Below, one piece after another: positions 26,027 to 34,825 of a stretch of 64,000 bases of DNA. Source of the DNA: a virus. A program made the position numbers and the translations under genes. Each line of letters opens with the position of its first letter. The stretch's first letter is position 1. The notes beneath the pieces are model-generated. The model was given only the letters and a program-made list of their open reading frames with translations, had not been told where the DNA came from and did no database searches. The stretch is from positions 96,001 through 160,000 of the IMG/VR virus record IMGVR_UViG_3300045988_131275; one strand, given 5' to 3'.

Positions 26027-26187
26027 CCACTATGGAAATACTTCATTTCCAGTTTAAAATCTTCATTAATATAACCTTGCATAAATCGTTCCAATACTAT
26101 ATTAATTGGAAGTTTTTCTGTTTTGCATTTTTCTTTAAACTGTTCAAGTATTTCTGCATCAATGGAAGTATTAAAAGCCTTCTTCAT
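26020..26187 (-). CDS. ribbon-helix-helix (Arc/CopG-like) protein
   Basis: Start moved to MKKAFNTSIDAEILEQFKEKCKTEKLPINIVLERFMQGY (AGGAGG RBS); paralog of 33509..33691. Confidence 0.6.
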   Translation of the reverse strand: MKKAFNTSIDAEILEQFKEKCKTEKLPINIVLERFMQGYINEDFKLEMKYFHSGK

Positions 26188-26319
26188 AATGCTTACCTCC
26201 TTTGATATTGTCATTATACATCTATATGTTGTTATTGTCAACATATTTATTTGATTTTACAACAAAAAATACCACTAAATTTTTATTTTTAGTGGTATTT
26301 TTCCGATGAAATGTCTGAT

Positions 26320-26523
26320 TTATCGGTTTAAAATTCTTTCAATATCATCAACAGTATATCTTATAGAATCCATTAAATCACGCACATACTCTTCACCTCT
26401 TTTAGAATCGTATCCTAATCTAAGTAATTCAGATATTGCATTTATGATCTTATTATCAATTTCATTTCCTTTATTTAATAATAATTTTATAACTTCATTA
26501 GTTGACATTTTATTTTCACTCAT
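26320..26523 (-). CDS. hypothetical protein
   Basis: packed ORF. Confidence 0.5.
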   Translation of the reverse strand: MSENKMSTNEVIKLLLNKGNEIDNKIINAISELLRLGYDSKRGEEYVRDLMDSIRYTVDDIERILNR

Positions 26524-26527
26524 CTTA

Positions 26528-26713
26528 TCACCTCTTAAAATTTAAAATAAATTGAAAATCTTTATCATTAATATCTACCTGAATCAATTCTCCGTTATCA
26601 TCCATGATGTCAACCATAGGAGTTTCATATCTTACATAAACTTTTGTACATTCATATTCTTTTCCTTTTGTAAAATGTTCATCTGTTTTTCTACAAATAT
26701 CCTTATTATTCAT
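26528..26713 (-). CDS. hypothetical protein
   Basis: Start moved to MNNKDICRK (AGGAGG RBS). Confidence 0.5.
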   Translation of the reverse strand: MNNKDICRKTDEHFTKGKEYECTKVYVRYETPMVDIMDDNGELIQVDINDKDFQFILNFKR

Positions 26714-26744
26714 CTTATACCTCCTATGAAAACAATCTTTCATT

Positions 26745-27008
26745 TTATTCTCTAATTGTTTTGTAATAACTTCCAAACCAGACATGCACCGGAGGATTTT
26801 TAGCTCCTGGCATTAAAGAACCACTTATCATTTCCATAACTTGACCAGAATCATTCCAACCATCTGATTCCATTTCTTTTTTATGTTCCATCTTTTCTTT
26901 TTCTGAATCATAATAATACTGTTCTATAAACTCTGTATATTTATCTATGCAGTTATTTCCGTCCCATACAAATTTTGTTGTATTATTTTTCATTTTAATT
27001 CTTTTCAC
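26745..27008 (-). CDS. hypothetical protein
   Basis: packed ORF. Confidence 0.5.
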   Translation of the reverse strand: MKRIKMKNNTTKFVWDGNNCIDKYTEFIEQYYYDSEKEKMEHKKEMESDGWNDSGQVMEMISGSLMPGAKNPPVHVWFGSYYKTIRE

Positions 27009-27045
27009 GTAATCAGCTCCATTCTATATTAAAAACAACTTAATC

Positions 27046-27231
27046 TCACAATATTATCCATAAATTTCTTCCATAGTATTCTCTTCTTATATGAGAAATA
27101 TCATTATCAATTTTCGATAATTCAATTTTTTCAAAACTTACATTCTTGCAACTATTTATAGTTCTGTTGCCAAATCTATTTTTGGTACATTCAATTCCGT
27201 TTGTTGATTCTTCATACGTCATATAGATCAC
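27046..27231 (-). CDS. hypothetical protein
   Basis: packed ORF. Confidence 0.45.
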   Translation of the reverse strand: MIYMTYEESTNGIECTKNRFGNRTINSCKNVSFEKIELSKIDNDISHIRREYYGRNLWIIL

Positions 27232-27255
27232 ATCCTTTACAATGAAAGCAATTTT

Positions 27256-27465
27256 TCAACCTCGTTTTGTTTTATACTTTGCGTATTTCGACTCTCCATT
27301 GCATCCTTTATATAATTTCCGTAAAGCAGATCCCAACCCATCTTCCATATCTTTGTCTACTTGTTCATATGTTTCAGATGCTTCACCTAAAATTTCTACT
27401 GCATCAAATACATAATCTCTAACCTGTTGTAATTCTTTATCCGTAAAATAAATACTTCTTCCCAT
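27256..27465 (-). CDS. hypothetical protein
   Basis: packed ORF. Confidence 0.5.
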   Translation of the reverse strand: MGRSIYFTDKELQQVRDYVFDAVEILGEASETYEQVDKDMEDGLGSALRKLYKGCNGESKYAKYKTKRG

Positions 27466-27522
27466 TATATATCCTCTCTGAAACCGTCATTTTATAGAAA
27501 ATGGGTGATATTTCTATCACCC

Positions 27523-27798
27523 TTAACTTGTTCTTCCACGTATAAACCCTTGTACAAAATATAATCTAGCTGTTCTACAATCTTCCTCATTCCCGTCAAC
27601 CAGAACTTCTCCAATAGAACTGGCATTTGACTCATATTGTAAAGCTAAATCTAATATACTTTGTAATGTATCACTTTGCTTTTTCGCTTCTGACAAATTT
27701 AATATTTCTTGCATTTTATATTTTAAAATCGTTTTCTTTTTTGCTAACTTTCCAAGTTCTTCGCCCTGTTTAAAACAATACCACTTATTCACATCCAT
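27523..27798 (-). CDS. hypothetical protein
   Basis: Start moved to MDVNKWYCF. Confidence 0.5.
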   Translation of the reverse strand: MDVNKWYCFKQGEELGKLAKKKTILKYKMQEILNLSEAKKQSDTLQSILDLALQYESNASSIGEVLVDGNEEDCRTARLYFVQGFIRGRTS

Positions 27799-28069
27799 CT
27801 TGTAACGCTCCCATCGTTTTATTATATAAATCATCACTATAATTATTTAATAATTCTTCGGCGGTTTTCTGCCATTGATATTCTTCTTCTGTTAATTGAT
27901 TTAGAATTTCCTCATCAGGAATAGAATATTTTTCAAATGCAGCAACTTTACTACAGAATATTCTATGATGATCTTTTACAAGATAAGTGTCAATGCCATA
28001 AATACAGTTATTAACAGTTGTAAGTTTATAGCCCATACTTTCTGCATACTTTAATGTACTTTCTAACAT
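27785..28069 (-). CDS. hypothetical protein
   Basis: Start moved to MLESTLKY (AGGAGG RBS). Confidence 0.5.
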   Translation of the reverse strand: MLESTLKYAESMGYKLTTVNNCIYGIDTYLVKDHHRIFCSKVAAFEKYSIPDEEILNQLTEEEYQWQKTAEELLNNYSDDLYNKTMGALQDGCE

Positions 28070-28205
28070 AATGTAATCCTCCTTATTTTTATGTTCCAAT
28101 ATGGTTCTACTTTAAATAATGTAAAATTTTATAATACTTTTTACATTCCAATATGGGACTACTAAACTTTACTATATTATATCACATATAAAAGTGACTT
28201 GAAAG

Positions 28206-28565
28206 TTAAATTTCATCTACAATTTTCTTTCCACAAATCGGACAATAACCAATCTTTATCTTTTTGCTAAATGCATCTTCTCCGAAATCATAACCACAAC
28301 AAGATGTTACTCCATCTTCAACTGTTGTAGTATCTTTCATATCTAAATTACGTTTATAATTTTTATAAACTCTATCCCATAAAGATTTCAAATAGTTTTC
28401 TGCATCGACTTTCGCTTCATCAATATTTGACGATTTCATTTTTACTTTTAATCCTGTTGCCGAATCTGTTAATTGAAAATCTTTATATCTTAATACTGCA
28501 ACATTTTCACTAATTCCATTAATAAATAAAGCACTATTTTCTTCATAATCTTTCCATCTAAACAT
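28206..28565 (-). CDS. hypothetical protein with C-terminal zinc ribbon
   Basis: SCCGYDF...CPICGKK. Confidence 0.55.
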   Translation of the reverse strand: MFRWKDYEENSALFINGISENVAVLRYKDFQLTDSATGLKVKMKSSNIDEAKVDAENYLKSLWDRVYKNYKRNLDMKDTTTVEDGVTSCCGYDFGEDAFSKKIKIGYCPICGKKIVDEI

Positions 28566-28569
28566 AATA

Positions 28570-29880
28570 TTTCCTCTATCTTGAAACTATTCTTCTATCG
28601 TATCATTTATAAATACGTTCATAGTAAATCATGTAACTTACGCTACATTTATAACTATAGGCGTTAGAATAGCCTCTATCCCATATCGACTAATCGCATT
28701 TGGAAATGCTTTCTTCATAATCTGAAATGATCCATTTACATCGCTATTAATTAACAATCCAGAATTACTTTTGAATAAGCCTCTTTGAATACGTCTATTC
28801 TTATTATAATTCTCTTTAATTGGATTTTCTTCATCTAAGAAACTCGTTCCAGATGTATAACCTTCTTCTTGTTCAATATAATTAATTCCAACATTTTCAC
28901 ACTTATATTTAAGTTGTCGTAATAATATTTGGTATGGAATCATTATAAAATTCTGATTAGATTTTTTACTCATTATGGATTCTTGTTTCCATTTGTCATT
29001 TTTTCCAACAATTAATGTATCTATATTATTTTCAATACACCAATTTATAATATAATGACTTGTATTGTGCATATAATTCTTAATTCTTTGAAATCTCTTA
29101 AAAGTAATTATATCTAATTTCTTTGACCAATCTTTATTGTGCCGTATCTTCAATAATGATTTCTCTTTCGCAAGTCTCTTATTATAATACTGATTTATGC
29201 TTTTGACTCCCTTGCCGTTAATAATAATTGGATTTGATCCGATATTATTTGTCATAGTTACAAGATTATTTACGCCTAAATCAATAGCTACTATATTTTT
29301 TGATTCTTTATTTATATCGGGAATTTCTATTTCATAGACAATTTCCATTACATAACAAGAGCCTTTTGGAATAAATCTAACTTGAATTATTCTACCTAAA
29401 CAACGACATTTCCATTCATAATCATTTACTAAACGATTACTTATATGAATCGTCCCCTTTTCATAATTATAATGAAGTTGATTATTTGGAATCATCCAAA
29501 GGAATCTCCCATCTTTTTTAAGATATTTAGGTAATTTTGGTATACCTAGATATTTAGATGGATTCCTCTTCCAATCTTTAATTGCCACAAAATAAGACTT
29601 CCAATTTTTATCTAACAACCTCAATGTGCAATTTGCTGGTTGACTAAATGTAAGTTTATAATTTTCATGTGTTTTAAATTCTTTATTCATATCATAGTAA
29701 CTTATATATTTGTTATTATTTATAAATTCCTGTCGTAATACATAGTTTGCTTCGTTATATAAATTCTTGGAATGAAAACACTGTTGATCTATAACTTTAA
29801 ATTTAGGATGATTCCTTTTAATTATTATTTGTTCACATCTTTGTATTTTTATATTTTATGCACATCCTTTCGTGTAAAAT
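28570..29880 (-). mobile_element. IS200/IS605-type element remnant carrying tnpB only (ends not defined)
   Basis: tnpB ORF without adjacent tnpA; boundaries approximate. Confidence 0.45.
28638..29690 (-). CDS. tnpB: TnpB-like RuvC-fold nuclease (IS605 OrfB family), zinc-finger-less type
   Basis: RuvC motifs IAIDLGVNN (D), QEEGYTSGTS (E), NSDVNGSFQIMKKA (D). No CxxC pairs between E and D. The frame stays open 55 codons upstream (to 29855) with TnpB-like sequence but no start codon. Confidence 0.8.
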   Translation of the reverse strand: MNKEFKTHENYKLTFSQPANCTLRLLDKNWKSYFVAIKDWKRNPSKYLGIPKLPKYLKKDGRFLWMIPNNQLHYNYEKGTIHISNRLVNDYEWKCRCLGRIIQVRFIPKGSCYVMEIVYEIEIPDINKESKNIVAIDLGVNNLVTMTNNIGSNPIIINGKGVKSINQYYNKRLAKEKSLLKIRHNKDWSKKLDIITFKRFQRIKNYMHNTSHYIINWCIENNIDTLIVGKNDKWKQESIMSKKSNQNFIMIPYQILLRQLKYKCENVGINYIEQEEGYTSGTSFLDEENPIKENYNKNRRIQRGLFKSNSGLLINSDVNGSFQIMKKAFPNAISRYGIEAILTPIVINVA

Positions 29881-29892
29881 TATATTACCACC

Positions 29893-29973
29893 TTATAAAT
29901 CTAGTAACGCAGCTATAATTACCACTACAAATCCAAAACAAGCAATACATCCTAATGTATATACATATCCCAT
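29893..29973 (-). CDS. mini-ORF, 26-aa hydrophobic peptide (family member a)
   Basis: Own translation MGYVYTLGCIACFGFVVVIIAALLDL; begins 5 nt after upstream stop. Confidence 0.4.
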   Translation of the reverse strand: MGYVYTLGCIACFGFVVVIIAALLDL

Positions 29974-29980
29974 TCTCCTT

Positions 29981-30319
29981 TTAAATTATTCTACATTTAT
30001 TATATTCATCTTCTGTAAGTAAACCTTCATCGTACATATCTTCAAGTGTTCTAAATACCGCAAAAGCTCTTCTACTTAACCAACAGAATCCATCAAATTC
30101 ACCTATAAGTGCATCTGTATTTTCTTCTTCTTGCTTCTGTAATTTTATTGCTATGTCACTCTCACGAAAGAAAAATGCTTTATATTTAGCAGCTTTGATT
30201 CTTAATATTTCTATTTCGTATTCTTGTGAAATTAATTCCCGTTGAGCATCTAATAATTTCAATCCTGCACTTTCTAATGGACTGTTCTCAATTCTATTCT
30301 TAAAATATTTGTCATTCAT
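29981..30319 (-). CDS. hypothetical protein
   Basis: packed ORF. Confidence 0.55.
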   Translation of the reverse strand: MNDKYFKNRIENSPLESAGLKLLDAQRELISQEYEIEILRIKAAKYKAFFFRESDIAIKLQKQEEENTDALIGEFDGFCWLSRRAFAVFRTLEDMYDEGLLTEDEYNKCRII

Positions 30320-30337
30320 AATTATCCTCCAATTATA

Positions 30338-30412
30338 TTAACTTAACAGTGCAATAATAAATACCGCAATTCCTACATATGCAATTATACATCCTAAAGT
30401 GTACATATTCAT
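30338..30412 (-). CDS. mini-ORF, 24-aa hydrophobic peptide (family member b)
   Basis: Own translation MNMYTLGCIIAYVGIAVFIIALLS; GGAGG upstream. Confidence 0.4.
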   Translation of the reverse strand: MNMYTLGCIIAYVGIAVFIIALLS

Positions 30413-30422
30413 TCCTCCAATA

Positions 30423-30977
30423 TCATTTATAAATATTACTTGTAATATGAACAGTCGCATAATATGTTCTTCCAATCTCTTTTGCGATTTCCACATTACC
30501 CTTATTCTGTTTCATAAGAACTTTAATTCTTCTTCGTTCTTCTGGTGTGATCTTATTTCTATGCCTTTCTGGTATGTACGAATTTTTTATACTACACATC
30601 CAATCTGGCTCTGGTAATATAGAACCAGCTTCATATTTACGCCAGTTGATTTCTGTTTTATGATTTTTCGCCCATTCCCAAAAGTTATCAGGATCAATCA
30701 GATATCGTGTCGAATTGGATACTTTAAACTTCTTACATGGAAGTTCTAACTTTTCAATCCATCTGATCACAACAGATACGTCACAATTGAATGCTTTTGC
30801 TATTGTTTTAGCAGCAAGGCATTCTCCGCAGTAATGATTAAGACCTAATTTCCTCGCCTTATGTTTAACAGATGATACACTTCTGTTCAAAAATTTTGCT
30901 GTAGTTTCAACTGATTGATATAGATACCTTCTATACATATAAGTTTCCTCATCTTTTGTCCATTCTCTTCTTCCCAT
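30423..30977 (-). CDS. putative DNA-binding protein
   Basis: HTH-like stretches VETTAKFLNRSVSSVKHKARKLG and GNVEIAKEIGRTYYATV (weak). Confidence 0.55.
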   Translation of the reverse strand: MGRREWTKDEETYMYRRYLYQSVETTAKFLNRSVSSVKHKARKLGLNHYCGECLAAKTIAKAFNCDVSVVIRWIEKLELPCKKFKVSNSTRYLIDPDNFWEWAKNHKTEINWRKYEAGSILPEPDWMCSIKNSYIPERHRNKITPEERRRIKVLMKQNKGNVEIAKEIGRTYYATVHITSNIYK

Positions 30978-31156
30978 ACAATACCTCTTAAAACCTAATA
31001 TAATTCACCTATGCAACATTTCCCTCAACCATACGTTAAAATTGAAGTTCTCCATATTTTCTTCTCTTTCTGTATAATTTCCATTATAATTACGGAAACA
31101 GTTTCCAGAATCACGTTTGTCTTTATCCCAACATGATACGTGCTTATTTGTCCTTT

Positions 31157-31375
31157 TCATTCTTTCTTCACCTCTTCCATCAGATATGACAGTCCTTTAC
31201 TATGGTGGCAGTTGAACCAATCATATACTTCATTTTTATTAGTTCCTTTTGAAAATGCATACCATGCAGTTTTAAGATTTCCGTTACGATCAACAGGAAC
31301 GCTCTGAAATTTTTTCCATAATGCTTCTACATTTTTATCAATCGTGTCTTGTAATGTTAATTCTATTTCTTCCAT
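31157..31375 (-). CDS. hypothetical protein
   Basis: packed ORF. Confidence 0.5.
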   Translation of the reverse strand: MEEIELTLQDTIDKNVEALWKKFQSVPVDRNGNLKTAWYAFSKGTNKNEVYDWFNCHHSKGLSYLMEEVKKE

Positions 31376-31515
31376 ATAGTTCTCCCATCATTTATGAATT
31401 TATTGTATGTTTTGCAAAAAGGATTAAAGCATCTATCTACTAACACAAATTTCCCATTAACAAAATCAAAATACTGTTTTCTGCTTTTCTGTCCGCATAC
31501 ATAACAATAAATCAT
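31363..31515 (-). CDS. small Cys-rich protein
   Basis: Start moved to MIYCYVCGQ...; CxxC and CFNPFC. Confidence 0.45.
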   Translation of the reverse strand: MIYCYVCGQKSRKQYFDFVNGKFVLVDRCFNPFCKTYNKFINDGRTIWKK

Positions 31516-31519
31516 ATTA

Positions 31520-31726
31520 TCACTCCATTCTTGATATTGAATTACAAATTTTCTTATTGAGTCTCTGATATATTTCCGCTGACTCATCTAATGCTTTAAT
31601 TACAGATGTTTCACATGTTAATTTTTCTGCTTTGTAAACATTGTCAATTAAACAAATCAAACCATTTGATAAAATACTTATTTCCTTTGATGTAAGTTCC
31701 AATTTGATTTTTCCATTATTATTCAT
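31520..31726 (-). CDS. hypothetical protein
   Basis: packed ORF. Confidence 0.5.
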   Translation of the reverse strand: MNNNGKIKLELTSKEISILSNGLICLIDNVYKAEKLTCETSVIKALDESAEIYQRLNKKICNSISRME

Positions 31727-31774
31727 ATTTTCTCCTTTTCTGAAATCATCATTTCATTAACCTAAATAATGTTC

Positions 31775-32137
31775 TCAATCTTTCATTAAGAAGTAATCAG
31801 CACCTTCCACATATCTCTGTGCGTTTATATTTTCAATAATCTGTTCCTTTGTAATTCCATAGTCTACACACTGTTCAAGATCAGCTCCATTATCGCAAAG
31901 TTTAAAATACGTTACTATATATTTCCCATTTGGTAATTCATTTTCATTCTGAATTTCATCAATATATCCTTCCATATCTTCATATAAAGCAGACCTTTCA
32001 CAACGATGAAAATCTGTTTCTTCATCAATATCCAATATACACTCAACATCTGTTTTTTTATAATCAACGCCCCATTCTGGATCATCATAAAAGAAATACT
32101 GTTTTCCGTCTTCTGATTTTATAATTGCTCTTTCCAT
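31775..32137 (-). CDS. hypothetical protein
   Basis: packed ORF. Confidence 0.55.
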   Translation of the reverse strand: MERAIIKSEDGKQYFFYDDPEWGVDYKKTDVECILDIDEETDFHRCERSALYEDMEGYIDEIQNENELPNGKYIVTYFKLCDNGADLEQCVDYGITKEQIIENINAQRYVEGADYFLMKD

Positions 32138-32173
32138 GTTGTTCTCCTCTATCTTTCTAATAAAACTCTTGTT

Positions 32174-32521
32174 TCATTCTAATTTATCAAGTGCAGATTC
32201 TAATGTATTAAATCTGTTTTTTACATTTACATTTTCATTGAAATTATTCATTATGTGCAAAAATGCACTTTCTGAATCTATATATCTTCTGCTAAACCTT
32301 TCATGCGTTCCAATCTTTTTACCTGATACAGAAAATTTATATGGTGAATAAATATTTTCCTCTCTTCTAAATATCAATTCCCATTCACTTCCGCAAAATG
32401 TAGTGTGTCTAAGCATAACACATTGACCTTCTTTCCATGAATCACATTCTCTAATAATATTCAATACAAATTCTTTATTCATATTATTAACATTCCTTTC
32501 TTTATAAAATATCTCTTTCAT
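32174..32521 (-). CDS. hypothetical protein
   Basis: packed ORF. Confidence 0.55.
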   Translation of the reverse strand: MKEIFYKERNVNNMNKEFVLNIIRECDSWKEGQCVMLRHTTFCGSEWELIFRREENIYSPYKFSVSGKKIGTHERFSRRYIDSESAFLHIMNNFNENVNVKNRFNTLESALDKLE

Positions 32522-32588
32522 CTATTGATTCTCTGTTAATTAAAACAGGTGATACCCTTTGACAAGTACCACCTGTAAGTATGTAATA

Positions 32589-33332
32589 TTATCGTTCTAT
32601 ATATTCCCATTCAGCAATAAAGTCAAATGCTTCATTGTAATACATAGGGTTTAAATCCTTGTAAGAACTACATCCAAACTTTTCTTTTAACTCATTCCAC
32701 ATATTAATGAAATAGCTTTTAGAGTAACATTTATATTTAGTTCCATGCGCTCCATCCAGAAGTTTATTGATTCTGTCTTTCGCTGCTTTATATAACTTCT
32801 GTTGCTGTCTAGTGGATAACGTCATATTTTCCACCATTTTGTTGAGCATTTCCGTCTGTTCTCCTAGAAGATCTTCCATTGCGTTAATCTGGACTTGCAT
32901 TCCTTCAATGCGTCCTGTAAGTCCTAAATCATTATGTAATGTTTCTTTCTGTTCTTCTGTCTCATAAAATGCCTTGTGAAGAACATCCGCAGCGTTTAAT
33001 TGATATTCAAGAAGATTTTTCACCGCTTCTGGGTTTTCTCTTTTCATTGTTGGTGTTAAACGAATTTGAGCTAACCACATAGGAACGAATTTTTCCACTA
33101 AAACTAGCGTATTTCGTACCTGACCGTCAAATTTGACGGGTAGGTTTGTCCAACCATTCTCAAATAAAACATTTGACTTCACCTTCTTAACTTCGTTATC
33201 TGATTGATTCTCATTAAGTCCAATATCAATACTTGCCTTTCTAATAGCCAACCAAACTTTTCCATCAGATGTTCTTACACCTAAAAGTTCATCTTCTCCG
33301 AATGGGATTAATTTTACTTCCATTTCGCTCAT
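32589..33332 (-). CDS. antirepressor-type protein (P22 AR N-terminal-like domain)
   Basis: LIPFGEDELLGVRTSDGKVWLAIRKASIDIGL...LVEKFVPMWLAQIRL...LLEYQLNAADVLHKAF resembles the P22_AR_N pattern (recalled). Confidence 0.65.
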   Translation of the reverse strand: MSEMEVKLIPFGEDELLGVRTSDGKVWLAIRKASIDIGLNENQSDNEVKKVKSNVLFENGWTNLPVKFDGQVRNTLVLVEKFVPMWLAQIRLTPTMKRENPEAVKNLLEYQLNAADVLHKAFYETEEQKETLHNDLGLTGRIEGMQVQINAMEDLLGEQTEMLNKMVENMTLSTRQQQKLYKAAKDRINKLLDGAHGTKYKCYSKSYFINMWNELKEKFGCSSYKDLNPMYYNEAFDFIAEWEYIER

Positions 33333-33404
33333 AATTGATTCCTCCTGTACTTGCGTGTTATTTAGTTCTCAATGTGCATTTGTAAAATATTGGAAATTTT
33401 CTGA

Positions 33405-33433
33405 TTGACTAACCAGTAAGAATTAGATATACT
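33405..33433 (+). promoter_or_regulatory. sigma-70-type promoter TTGACT-17-TATACT
   Basis: Hand-counted spacer; opposite strand to surrounding genes. Confidence 0.55.
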
Positions 33434-33439
33434 AGAATA

Positions 33440-33516
33440 GTCAATCCGCTTTGGCGATTGATGTCTGGAAGAGGTTTGTTGCTGTGGTAGGTGCTAACCT
33501 CTTCTTTTTTATTTTT
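33440..33516 (+). ncRNA. candidate ~75-nt antisense small RNA (copy 2)
   Basis: 5' hairpin TCAATC(C)GC-TTTG-GCGATTGA, terminator GAAGAGGTT/AACCTCTTC plus TTTTTTATTTTT overlapping the RHH stop. Confidence 0.5.
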
Positions 33517-33691
33517 CCTGTTGATATATGTCGTAGGAAATATTCTTCTTGATCTGAATTTTTCCATCAACAAAACCTTGCATTAATACTTCTATAGCTT
33601 CATTGAGTTTAAAACCTTGTTTCTTGCATTCAGCCTTAAAAGCGTTCTGTATAGTTTCCTCAACAGGAGTTGCAAAATTCTTTCTTGCCAT
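33509..33691 (-). CDS. ribbon-helix-helix (Arc/CopG-like) protein
   Basis: MARKNFATPVEETIQNAFKAECKKQGFKLNEAIEVLMQGF; paralog of 26020..26187. Confidence 0.6.
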   Translation of the reverse strand: MARKNFATPVEETIQNAFKAECKKQGFKLNEAIEVLMQGFVDGKIQIKKNISYDIYQQEK

Positions 33692-33838
33692 TGCTTTATC
33701 TCCTTTACAATTAGTATATTATCATTATTTTACTTATTTGTCAACTAGCTTTTTATTATTTCTTTACTTATTTCCAATTCATAAGCACTATCGCAACTGC
33801 TAAAATTTCCATTCTAGCAGCCACTAACTACAAATGAA

Positions 33839-34114
33839 TCATGCTATATGTAATCCAGATACTTTCAATAACGCTTCAAATGCATTGATTAATTCCATAC
33901 GCATTCTTCTTTTAGAAGTAACACCTTTTCCACCGATTCTTATACTATCGTCCATGCGTGTTTTATATTTCTTTCCTTTAGAATCCGTAAACATATCGAC
34001 TTCTTCTATTGTTCCATTATCTAATTGCATCCGCATAAATGTATGTGTATATGGTTTATTACCATCTGTATACTCTATAAAGCTTGCCAAATTCTGCATA
34101 TGTATTTCCTCCAT
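33839..34114 (-). CDS. hypothetical protein
   Basis: TAATG overlap with mini-ORF c. Confidence 0.5.
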   Translation of the reverse strand: MEEIHMQNLASFIEYTDGNKPYTHTFMRMQLDNGTIEEVDMFTDSKGKKYKTRMDDSIRIGGKGVTSKRRMRMELINAFEALLKVSGLHIA

Positions 34115-34182
34115 TAACTAAATATCGCAATAATAATCAATATTGCTAGACCAATTCCCAAACAATAACCTAATTCATACAT
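34114..34182 (-). CDS. mini-ORF, 22-aa hydrophobic peptide (family member c)
   Basis: Own translation MYELGYCLGIGLAILIIIAIFS; GAGGAAG 7 nt upstream. Confidence 0.4.
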   Translation of the reverse strand: MYELGYCLGIGLAILIIIAIFS

Positions 34183-34183
34183 C

Positions 34184-34621
34184 TCAATCTTCCTCTCTAA
34201 TCTCATAATCACTTCCAAGAAAATGATCTATTGTATATGTTTCCACTTCTTCAATCCAGTCAGATTCTTCATATTTTCCATTTTCAAAATCAATTGCCAT
34301 CTTTGCAATTTCCGTTGTCAATGCCATACTATCAACTTTTTCACTGCTTACAGGATATACAGTTCCATCTTGAACCATATCGTTATAGCATTGCATCATA
34401 AGTGCTGATGTTTCTGATATTTTCCGTTCACGTTCTGTTCTTTCTCCAAAACGAATCATTTTTAAAATTTCCAGAATCCTATTAGTATATCCATGAATAC
34501 CTTCGTACATTAACCAACAATCAAGAATTTCATATTCTGTATATTTCTGTTTTATTTCCTCTAATGTTGTATAATTTGTTTCATTTATACAATTGAAGGC
34601 TTCAAGCAAAGATTTTTCCAT
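34184..34621 (-). CDS. hypothetical protein
   Basis: packed ORF. Confidence 0.55.
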   Translation of the reverse strand: MEKSLLEAFNCINETNYTTLEEIKQKYTEYEILDCWLMYEGIHGYTNRILEILKMIRFGERTERERKISETSALMMQCYNDMVQDGTVYPVSSEKVDSMALTTEIAKMAIDFENGKYEESDWIEEVETYTIDHFLGSDYEIREED

Positions 34622-34825
34622 CGTTCATTCCTCCTGTTTTTTGGTATAAAAATAGCCTTATAGATTTATTCTCTACAAGGCTACATAGTTTCCATTATTC
34701 TATTAATTACAAAAGCCCTCAAATATTTCTATTCAAGAGCTTATCATGGGAGTTAATACCATACACATCATTCTCAAACATCACTCCCGTATACTCTGTA
34801 AGTATATATAAATAATAGTATGTTG

